A stretch of DNA of 64,000 nucleotides from Candidatus Taylorbacteria bacterium RIFCSPLOWO2_01_FULL_48_100. Its GTDB lineage: Bacteria; Patescibacteriota; Minisyncoccia; Phycocordibacterales; UBA10002. The position numbers and the translations under genes were made by a program. How positions within the stretch are numbered: position 1 is the stretch's first letter; every line of letters begins with the position of its first letter. Shown in pieces: positions 26,926 to 34,498 of the stretch. The stretch is from NCBI GenBank assembly GCA_001821135.1, contig MHSA01000011.1, positions 3,042 to 67,041 of the forward strand, written 5' to 3'. Below the pieces are notes generated by a model. That model searched no databases. It was not told the origin of the DNA and saw nothing but the letters and a program-made list of their open reading frames with translations.

Positions 26926-27190
26926 AATTATTGCGCTTGTTGTTGCGTGTCGGAGTGGTACAATTGATGCGGAATTGAACATGGAGGTTTAAATGAAAAA
27001 GAAAAGACTGCATTGCAGAAGAAATGGCCGTTTCGTCAAAATTACCGAGGCGATGATTCATCGCGCTTTCCACGCACTCGCACTCGCAGAATGCAGAAAG
27101 TGGGAGCGCGAAGTTGGCACTAATACGCACATTCGCGGTTTGGTCGGGGGCAGATTTTTCTGCCCCCTTTTTGCGCTTTCTTAGCAAACG

Positions 27191-28105
27191 ATGCAGAATA
27201 AAGAAATGAAAGCACAGACGCTCATATTGGACGGACGCACTGCGCGCGATGAAATACGCGCGCGGCTTAAAAAAGAATTCAACGCGCTTACACAGCCGCG
27301 CGCGCTCGCCATTGTGCAAGTAGGCGACGACCACGCGTCATCTGCGTACATTCGGCAAAAAATCTTGTTTGGAAAAAGTGTCGGTGTAGAGGTGATTCAT
27401 GAAAAATTGCCCTCGGACTCGCGCGAGCAAGCGGTTGCGGATTGCATTTTCGCGCTGTCTGCGAATCCGTCTGTTGCAGGAATTATCGTGCAGTTGCCTT
27501 TGCCAGCGCATTTGGAGCGCGAGCGCATTTTGGATTTAGTTCCTCACGAAAAAGATGTTGACGGACTTTCTTCCGCGAGCCGCACTCGGCTCGCGGCTGT
27601 GGATGCATCAGGTTTTGTACCTGCGACAGCGCGCGGAGTCGGCGAACTTCTTTCGCGTTACGGTATCTCGGTTGTAGGAAAGAAAGTTGCCGTGTTCGGG
27701 CGCTCGCTTATTGCGGGCAGGCCGATTGCGCAACTACTATCTGCAAAGGGCGCGCGCGTTACTGTTCTACACAGCAAAACCCCTAAAGCAGAAGCGCAAA
27801 GGATTTCGCGCGCGAGCGATATTGTCATTGTCGCAATCGGAAAACCGTGTTTTATAGGAAGCGAATATTTCAGGAGCGACAAAACACAAGTTGTTGTTGA
27901 TGTAGGAATCAATCGCACTGCAACAGGCGTAGCGCTTTTTGAAGAAGTTCCACGAGTAAATCTGATTGGAGATGTTGATTTTGATATTGTGAAAAATATG
28001 GTCGTGGCCATCTCGCCCGTCCCTGGTGGGGTCGGTCCCATGACCGTCGCATGCTTGTTTGAGAATCTCCGCGATGCTGTGTATAATCAAAGCAATGTTA
28101 AATAA
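27191..28105 (+). CDS. folD: Methylene-THF dehydrogenase/cyclohydrolase
   Basis: GIIVQLPLP, KDVDG, GRS...GRP, DVGIN, SPVPGGVGPMTV. Confidence 0.95.
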   Translation: MQNKEMKAQTLILDGRTARDEIRARLKKEFNALTQPRALAIVQVGDDHASSAYIRQKILFGKSVGVEVIHEKLPSDSREQAVADCIFALSANPSVAGIIVQLPLPAHLERERILDLVPHEKDVDGLSSASRTRLAAVDASGFVPATARGVGELLSRYGISVVGKKVAVFGRSLIAGRPIAQLLSAKGARVTVLHSKTPKAEAQRISRASDIVIVAIGKPCFIGSEYFRSDKTQVVVDVGINRTATGVALFEEVPRVNLIGDVDFDIVKNMVVAISPVPGGVGPMTVACLFENLRDAVYNQSNVK

Positions 28106-28883
28106 CATCAAAATACAAAAGGCGGTTTTTGCGGTTTTAATAATTTTGGCGGTATTGTTACTCGGCAAGGTGTTTGCGGAGTTTGGCTCGCTCCGCTATA
28201 TCGGCACGAATCCACAGGCGCAAAGCATCATTTCCGTTTCGGGGAAGGGTGAGGTTGTCGCCGTGCCAGACATAGCAACTTTTTCATTTTCCGTAGAAAA
28301 GGAGTCGCTTTTGGTCGCGGACGCGCAAGCGGATGTCGCGAAGCGCACTAACGACATTATCGCGTTTCTGAAGAAAAATAAAGTTGAGGAAAAAGACATC
28401 AAAACCGCCGGCTACAACATTTACCCGCGTTACGAATACCAGACGATAGGTGATAGCGTGTCGGTGCTTTACCAAGGCGGCGGCAAGCGGTACCTCGCGG
28501 CGTATGTGGTGAGCCAAAGCATTTCAGTAAAGGTGCGTACGGTTGGTGATGCGGGAAAATTGCTGTCGGGCATCGGCGAACTGGGAGCGGAAAATGTGTC
28601 GGGTCTTTCATTTGATTTTGACAAGCGCGACGAGATGATTAAAGAGGCGCGCGGCAAAGCAATTGCGGAGGCGCGCGCAGAAGCGGAAAATCTCGCTAAG
28701 GCGCTCGGCGTGCGGCTCGTGCGCATCGTGTCGTACAACGACAATGGCAGATACCCGATTTACTACGCGAAAGCAGAAGCCGCATCGTACAGCATTGGAG
28801 GCGGTGGGCGCGTTACGCCCGAGATTCCCGTTGGAGAAGATAAAATAATTTCTCAAGTAAATATCACATACGAAATCAAGTAG
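28095..28883 (+). CDS. SIMPL (DUF541) domain protein
   Basis: ISVSGKGEVVAVPDIA, DIKT..YNIYP, ARAEAENLA..LG. Confidence 0.9.
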   Translation: MLNNIKIQKAVFAVLIILAVLLLGKVFAEFGSLRYIGTNPQAQSIISVSGKGEVVAVPDIATFSFSVEKESLLVADAQADVAKRTNDIIAFLKKNKVEEKDIKTAGYNIYPRYEYQTIGDSVSVLYQGGGKRYLAAYVVSQSISVKVRTVGDAGKLLSGIGELGAENVSGLSFDFDKRDEMIKEARGKAIAEARAEAENLAKALGVRLVRIVSYNDNGRYPIYYAKAEAASYSIGGGGRVTPEIPVGEDKIISQVNITYEIK

Positions 28884-28957
28884 AGTTTGACAGCCGTTTT
28901 GTTTGGCGTATGATATAAAAAACGGCCGAAAGGCCTTTTTTATTAGGAAACGCGTTT

Positions 28958-29137
28958 ATGTCTAGAATTACCGAATATCTCAAGGAAACGCGCGGGGAAC
29001 TGCGCCATGTGAACTGGCCGACGCGCAAGCAAGCGTCAGTGTTTACCGCGCTCGTAGTTGCCGTGTCGCTTATTACCGCGGCGTATCTCGGTGTGTTTGA
29101 TTATCTTTTTTCCCTAATTCTTCGGCAAATTTTTTAA
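28958..29137 (+). CDS. secE: Preprotein translocase subunit SecE (not in ORF track)
   Basis: 59 aa MSRITEYLKETRGELRHVNWPTRK plus TM; directly upstream of nusG. Confidence 0.93.
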   Translation: MSRITEYLKETRGELRHVNWPTRKQASVFTALVVAVSLITAAYLGVFDYLFSLILRQIF

Positions 29138-29143
29138 TCCATT

Positions 29144-29185
29144 TTCGTAGCCATTCGTAGATTCGTATTGTTCGTATATTCGTAT
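29144..29185 (-). repeat. Inverted exact copy of 23536-23577
   Basis: TTCGTAGCCATTCGTAGATTCGTATTGTTCGTATATTCGTAT. Confidence 0.9.
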
Positions 29186-29728
29186 ATGTCTAAACAGCAA
29201 ACAGCAGAGCGGAATTGGTACGCGATTCATACCTACGCAGGGTATGAAAACGCCGTTGCGCGCAACTTAAAACAGCGCATTGAGTCCCTCGGTATGGAAG
29301 GTAAGATTTTTAATGTAGTTGTGCCGGTAGAAAAGAAGATAAAAATAAAAGGCGGCAAGCGCGCGGAGGAGGAAGAAAAGATTTACCCTGGGTATGTGCT
29401 GGTGGATATGATTGTAACCGACGACTCGTGGTATGTGGTGCGCAACACGCCGCGCGTGACGGGCTTCGTCGGTTCGGGCGTTTTTCCAGTTCCGCTTGAT
29501 AAAAAAGAGGTGGAAGGTCTGTTTACGCGGATGAGCGCGGAACAGGTGGAACACAACATTGACTTATCTGCGGATGATGCGGTAATCATTACCGACGGAC
29601 CGTTTAAGGAGCTTGAAGGGAAGGTTGCCGAAGTGGATAAGAGCCGCGGCAAGGTGAAGGTACTCGTGTCTATGTTTGGAAGAGAGACCCCGGTAGAATT
29701 GGACTTTTTACAAGTGAAGAAAATATAA
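29186..29728 (+). CDS. nusG: Transcription termination/antitermination factor NusG
   Basis: WYAIHTYAGYE, YPGYVLV, VRNTPRVTGFVG, GPF, MFGRETPVEL. Confidence 0.97.
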   Translation: MSKQQTAERNWYAIHTYAGYENAVARNLKQRIESLGMEGKIFNVVVPVEKKIKIKGGKRAEEEEKIYPGYVLVDMIVTDDSWYVVRNTPRVTGFVGSGVFPVPLDKKEVEGLFTRMSAEQVEHNIDLSADDAVIITDGPFKELEGKVAEVDKSRGKVKVLVSMFGRETPVELDFLQVKKI

Positions 29729-29732
29729 TTTT

Positions 29733-30155
29733 ATGGCAAAGAAATTACTGCGAAAGTTGAAGTTGATTGTTCCAGGTGCGGCGGCAACGCCCGCGCCGCC
29801 TTTGGGTCCCGCTTTGGGGCAGGCGAAGGTAAACATCGGTGAGTTCGTGACTCGCTTCAATGCGGCGACGCAAAAGATGAAGGGCGAGACGCTTCCTGTG
29901 GAAGTGCATATTTTTGACGACAAGTCGTTTGACCTAAAAATAAAAGCGCCGACTGTTTCCAGTATGCTTCTCAAGGCAATCGGCAAAGAGAAAGGTGCGG
30001 GCAAGCCGCCGGTAGAAAAAGCGGGAACAATTACTAAGGCGAAATTGCGCGAAATTGCAGAAAAGAAAATGCAGGACTTGAATACAACCACAATTGAAGC
30101 CGCCGAAAAAATAGTCGCCGGTAGCGCGCTGTCTATGGGGATAGAAATTAAATAG
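29733..30155 (+). CDS. rplK: 50S ribosomal protein L11
   Basis: ATPAPPLGPALGQ, GSALSMGI. Confidence 0.97.
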   Translation: MAKKLLRKLKLIVPGAAATPAPPLGPALGQAKVNIGEFVTRFNAATQKMKGETLPVEVHIFDDKSFDLKIKAPTVSSMLLKAIGKEKGAGKPPVEKAGTITKAKLREIAEKKMQDLNTTTIEAAEKIVAGSALSMGIEIK

Positions 30156-30708
30156 CGCGTTCCAAATCAACCCACACATATCTTAATCCAGTTTTCGTGT
30201 CAGTTCTTTCTTCGCGGAATACTTCGTGCGTGAAGTCCTTGTTCCAGTCGTGGAAGAAAACATCACCCTCCGCATCGCTTTCAACGAGCGTGAGGTAGAG
30301 TTTGTCGGTGAGCGGGAGCGCTTGTTTATAAATCTCTCCGCCACCGATGATGAAGATTTCCTTTTTGTTTTCCTCCTGCCCTTTTCCAAAGGGGAGGTGT
30401 CTCCCATAGGGAGACGGAGGGGTGTCTTCTGTTTTCTGCGCAATTTGTATCGCTTCTTCAAGCGACCCCGCAACCACCACTCCTTCCTTCTTAAAATACG
30501 GATTGCGCGTTATAACGATATTTGTGCGGTTTGGAAGTGCTTTGCCGATAGAGTCAAATGTCTTTCTGCCCATAATAACCGTATGTCCAGTCGTGAGCAC
30601 CTTAAACCGCTTAAGGTCGTCCGAAATGCGCCAAAGGAGCGCGCCCGCCTTTCCAATCGCGCGATTGTTCCTCCCCACCGCGGCAATGATGCTGATGCAC
30701 GCTTCCAT
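30148..30708 (-). CDS. folA: Dihydrofolate reductase, with in-frame palindromic insert
   Basis: IG..G.L.W, DLKRFK, IMGRKTFDS, LPNRTNIV, IIGGGEIY. Confidence 0.95.
   Translation of the reverse strand: MEACISIIAAVGRNNRAIGKAGALLWRISDDLKRFKVLTTGHTVIMGRKTFDSIGKALPNRTNIVITRNPYFKKEGVVVAGSLEEAIQIAQKTEDTPPSPYGRHLPFGKGQEENKKEIFIIGGGEIYKQALPLTDKLYLTLVESDAEGDVFFHDWNKDFTHEVFREERTDTKTGLRYVWVDLERAI
30371..30428 (-). repeat. Palindromic-family insert in folA (encodes EDTPPSPYGRHLPFGKGQEE)
   Basis: Reverse complement CACCCCTCCG...CACCTCCCCTT...AAGGGCAGGA matches 11394 and polA copies. Confidence 0.85.
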
Positions 30709-30709
30709 T

Positions 30710-31342
30710 TTATTTTACCGCATGCTCTGCTTTAAGTTTTCTTATATCACCCTTAAAGATAAGCCGTGACTCCAGTGCTCTTTCTTTTTTAATGCCTTCT
30801 ATAATGTCGCGCTTGTGGTATTTGCTCTTTCGAGGGGCGACTGGTTCGGTGAGTTCTTCAAAAACAATTTGGCATAGCCGTTCTCCCGGGTAAAGGCGGA
30901 CAATTTGCGAACTGGTGTTGTTGCGGATGGGGAGCGTCAATTGTCCTTCATATCCAGAATCAATAATCCCAGTGAGGTCAAGCGAGAGCCCTTTGCGGTT
31001 GGTAGACGAACGAGGATACAAAATCGCCATAATATCGTTCGGCACTTTTATTGATTCAAGGGTTGAGACAAGCACATATTCGTTTGGCAATAGGTCAAAA
31101 TACTGGCCTTGTTCAAGTTCTATAATCTCAAAATAGTCGGCGTTCACTTTGTCAAAATTGAGTATGTCTAGCGATTCGCGACCGCGCGCCGTGATGTGCC
31201 AGATTTTGGGAATTAGAAAGGTGAAGCCGAGCCGCAAGTCCACTGCGTGGTCTTGCAGTTGGAACGAATCCAGATTCGGCGAGAAGCCGATTTCTTTTTT
31301 TGCAACCCGCTCAAGAATTCCTTTTTTGGTCAGTATAGCCAT
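30710..31342 (-). CDS. dCTP deaminase/dUTPase-superfamily protein lacking the deaminase catalytic Glu
   Basis: VDLRL, RSS..R.GL, IDSGYEGQLTLP, YPGERLCQIVF; Pro at the E. coli Dcd Glu138 position. Confidence 0.85.
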   Translation of the reverse strand: MAILTKKGILERVAKKEIGFSPNLDSFQLQDHAVDLRLGFTFLIPKIWHITARGRESLDILNFDKVNADYFEIIELEQGQYFDLLPNEYVLVSTLESIKVPNDIMAILYPRSSTNRKGLSLDLTGIIDSGYEGQLTLPIRNNTSSQIVRLYPGERLCQIVFEELTEPVAPRKSKYHKRDIIEGIKKERALESRLIFKGDIRKLKAEHAVK

Positions 31343-31354
31343 AAGTATTGTATG

Positions 31355-32191
31355 TTATAGCACAATTTTGATTCCCTTAATGTGTTCAAGCGGTTCATAT
31401 TGACTTTGCAGATTTCCAACAATTTCTTTTACAAGCTTTTTATCTTTCTTTTCAGCGCGCTCAAATGTTTTTGGCGGAAGATTCAAAATGACTTTTTTAT
31501 GCTCGTTACTCCTTCGTAAGATTTCTTCAGCTGCAAAGTAATGCGTGTCATAAATATGTGCGTTAGAGATTGAATGGCTGTATATTCCGGGTTTTACGCA
31601 GAGTCGCTCGGCAAGAATACATTGCAGAAGCGCAAAACCCGCGACATCGGAAGGAGTACCAAGTATTACATCATTTGAACGAATGATATTATGCAGATTA
31701 AGCCGCCCCCCGATTATATTAACCGTAAAGGTATATGGGCACGGCACATTTTTTTTCACCGCTCCGCCAAGTCCGTCGCCACTTGGGTCCCATGCAATAA
31801 CAACTCCATGCCGCGAACTCGGGTCCTTTTCCAAAAGTTTTACCAAAAGCCCGAGTTGGTCGCGGCCAAAATGTTTTCGCCATCGGTAGCCGTAGGCGAC
31901 TGTAACTACATCGCCGGGATTGGTGAAGTCATCCCAGATTTTGGTGAACTCGCGTAGAAAATCTTCGGGTTTGCGCCCGCCGGAGATAAACCATAGTTGT
32001 TCCGCGACAAACATCTGAATTGGAATCTTTCTGAGCGTCAGAAGCGGGAAGCCGTCTTTTTCAATATCCACGGAGAAATGCATGCCAGGAATTGCTCGCG
32101 TTTCGTGCCCAGTGCGCTTGTTCACATCGGCAATACCCTCGGTCATAATACGCCGAACCAACCCCTGATAAATCTCATCAAATTTTGTCAT
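31355..32191 (-). CDS. Thymidylate synthase-family methyltransferase with cytosine-type signature (RSND...D)
   Basis: RTG, FPLLT, E..WF, YG..WR, DQL, PC(151), RSNDVILGTPSD(182), HIY. Confidence 0.9.
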   Translation of the reverse strand: MTKFDEIYQGLVRRIMTEGIADVNKRTGHETRAIPGMHFSVDIEKDGFPLLTLRKIPIQMFVAEQLWFISGGRKPEDFLREFTKIWDDFTNPGDVVTVAYGYRWRKHFGRDQLGLLVKLLEKDPSSRHGVVIAWDPSGDGLGGAVKKNVPCPYTFTVNIIGGRLNLHNIIRSNDVILGTPSDVAGFALLQCILAERLCVKPGIYSHSISNAHIYDTHYFAAEEILRRSNEHKKVILNLPPKTFERAEKKDKKLVKEIVGNLQSQYEPLEHIKGIKIVL

Positions 32192-32207
32192 AGCAGTTTT
32201 ATACTAT

Positions 32208-32675
32208 ATGCTGTTTCGTATGGTCATTCAATACCCATACTTACCTAGTGGAAGGGAAATAAAATATGTCTCAGAAGATAATGTGTTTATGCGCGCGGCG
32301 CGCGAATATATACACACACACAAAAAAGATATCGTTCACCCAACAGGAAGTGTGATTGTAAAAGACGAGCTTATTATTGGACGAGGCGCGAACGGAAGCG
32401 ATTATCACGAACGACACGGCTGTGAGCGGAAACGAAAGAATATCCCGACGGGCGAACGGTATGATTTATGCGAGGGATGTCATCCGAAAAATCACAGTGA
32501 ACCAAAGGCGATTGCGGACGCTATTTCTCATGGCGAAGATACGCACGGTGCGGATTTATATTTATACGGCCATTGGTGGTGCTGTAAGCCGTGTTGGGAC
32601 GCAATGATTGACGCAGGTATTCGCGATGTGTATCTTATGGAAGGAAGCGAACGGATATTCAACAGTAAAAGGTGA
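32208..32675 (+). CDS. Zn-dependent dCMP/cytidine deaminase-family protein
   Basis: GSVIVKD..IIGRG.NG, HSE and CKPC zinc motifs. Confidence 0.85.
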   Translation: MLFRMVIQYPYLPSGREIKYVSEDNVFMRAAREYIHTHKKDIVHPTGSVIVKDELIIGRGANGSDYHERHGCERKRKNIPTGERYDLCEGCHPKNHSEPKAIADAISHGEDTHGADLYLYGHWWCCKPCWDAMIDAGIRDVYLMEGSERIFNSKR

Positions 32676-33307
32676 TTATGAAAAATAAAAAAGGAAAGTT
32701 CTTTGTACTTGAAGGCGGCGAGGGTTCGGGGAAAAGTAGCCAGCTTAAGAAATTAAGCGAGTATTTTGGCGAGCGTGTTTTGATAACACGCGAACCCGGC
32801 GGCTCTCCTTATGCCGAAGAAATTCGTTCACTTATCCTCAATTCAGAAAACGCGAAACAAGCTGACGCGAAAACCCATTTTGCTCTGTTCTGGGCAGCAC
32901 GGGCAGACCATTTGAAAAACACCATTCTTCCGGCTTTAGCGCGAAGACAAAATGTTCTTGTGGACCGATTTGATTCGTCTACTTATGCGTATCAAGTTTT
33001 TGCGCAAGAAGCATCTGAACTAAAAGATTTTTTCTGGAAGATGCGGCAGTTTTATCTAGGTAAAAATATCCCAAGTAGATATTTTTTTCTTGATGTAGAA
33101 CCAAGTATCGGCTTGGCGCGCAAACAAAAACAAAAAAGAGAAGTATTAAATCATTTTGACGAACGCGATGTGCAATTTCATACACGAATGCGCAAAGGAT
33201 TTCTTGATTTTTTTAAACAAGTCCCATACTCCACGATTGACGCCAATCAACCATTTGATACCGTAACCATGACGCTTGTAACCGAACTGAAAAAATATAT
33301 TATATAA
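32672..33307 (+). CDS. tmk: Thymidylate kinase
   Basis: EGGEGSGKSS, TREPGG, DRFDSSTYAYQ. Confidence 0.95.
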   Translation: MIMKNKKGKFFVLEGGEGSGKSSQLKKLSEYFGERVLITREPGGSPYAEEIRSLILNSENAKQADAKTHFALFWAARADHLKNTILPALARRQNVLVDRFDSSTYAYQVFAQEASELKDFFWKMRQFYLGKNIPSRYFFLDVEPSIGLARKQKQKREVLNHFDERDVQFHTRMRKGFLDFFKQVPYSTIDANQPFDTVTMTLVTELKKYII

Positions 33308-33310
33308 ACA

Positions 33311-34498
33311 ATGAAAGACCTACAAATCAAAAAATTGATGGATGCCGAGAAAAAGCGGCAGAAAAGCGTGATTAACCTAATTGCCTCGGAAAATTATGTT
33401 TCCAAAGATGTGCTTGAGGCACTTGGAAGCGAGCTCACCAATAAATACGGCGAAGGGTATCCTGGTAAACGCTACTATCGCGGGTGCGCGGTTGTTGACG
33501 AGGTAGAGCGCGCAGCGCGGAAGCGCGCGCTTGATTTGTTTGGGCTTACCGAAAAAGAATGGGGAGTTAATGTGCAACCATTATCGGGTTCGCCCGCCAA
33601 CTTCGCAGTGTATGCTGCACTTGTTCCAATTGGTGGAAAGGTGATGGGTATGTCGCTTGACCACGGCGGACACCTCACTCACGGCCAGCCCGTTTCTATG
33701 ACTGGAAAGGTGTGGAAGCAAGTGCCGTACGGATTGGATAAGGAAACCGAAAGATTGGATTACGAACACATTAAAAAGATTGCGACAGAAAACAAGCCCG
33801 CTCTTATCGTTGCGGGTTTTACTGCATACGCGCACATCATTGATTTTAAGAAGTTTCGCGAAATCGCGGATTTATGCAACGCGATTTTAATGGTAGATAT
33901 GTCGCATTTTGCTGGGCTAGTTGCAGGTGGAGAGTATCCATCGCCGTTTGCATATGCGGACATTGTAACGACGACAACTCACAAAACTCTACGAGGACCG
34001 CGCTCGGCGCTCATTTTCTCAAAAGAAGACGAACGAAAGTTGCCTAGAAAAATTGATAAAGCAATTCTACCAGGATTGCAGGGCGGTCCGCACTTCAACC
34101 AAATTGCGGCGGTGGCGGTGGCGCTCAAAGAGGCGAGTACGCCTTCGTTTAAGAAATACGCGGCGCAAGTGGTAAAGAACGCGCGCGCGCTCGCGGATGA
34201 ATTGCAAAAGCTCGGACACAGGATTGTAGAAGGCGGAACGGAAACGCACCTCTTGCGCATTGACACTTGGCTCGGCGGCCGCGGAATCGGGGGGCGGGAA
34301 GCCGCCGACAAACTTGAGGCGGCGGGGATTATCGTGAGTGAAAGCACTCTTCCATTTGATACGCGCGGTCCGGTAGACCCATCGGGCATACGGCTCGGCA
34401 GTGCGGCAGAGACCACGCGTGGCAAAAAAGAGAAGGACTTTATAGCAATCGCGCGGAAAGTTGATAGAATACTCCGTAATGGTAACAGAGAGCATTAA
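33311..34498 (+). CDS. glyA: Serine hydroxymethyltransferase
   Basis: LIASEN, EGYPGKRYY, GGHLTHG, TTTHKTLRGPR, QGGPH. Confidence 0.97.
   Translation: MKDLQIKKLMDAEKKRQKSVINLIASENYVSKDVLEALGSELTNKYGEGYPGKRYYRGCAVVDEVERAARKRALDLFGLTEKEWGVNVQPLSGSPANFAVYAALVPIGGKVMGMSLDHGGHLTHGQPVSMTGKVWKQVPYGLDKETERLDYEHIKKIATENKPALIVAGFTAYAHIIDFKKFREIADLCNAILMVDMSHFAGLVAGGEYPSPFAYADIVTTTTHKTLRGPRSALIFSKEDERKLPRKIDKAILPGLQGGPHFNQIAAVAVALKEASTPSFKKYAAQVVKNARALADELQKLGHRIVEGGTETHLLRIDTWLGGRGIGGREAADKLEAAGIIVSESTLPFDTRGPVDPSGIRLGSAAETTRGKKEKDFIAIARKVDRILRNGNREH

Noticed and set aside
26993-27184. 63-aa ORF with GGAGG SD after tRNA-His
   Set aside because: No recognisable motif, so there is insufficient support to call it a gene.
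32208-32675. tRNA adenosine deaminase TadA
   Set aside because: It lacks the TadA-type PTAHAE/TLEPC context, is operonic with tmk, and the genome has tRNA-Arg(GCG).
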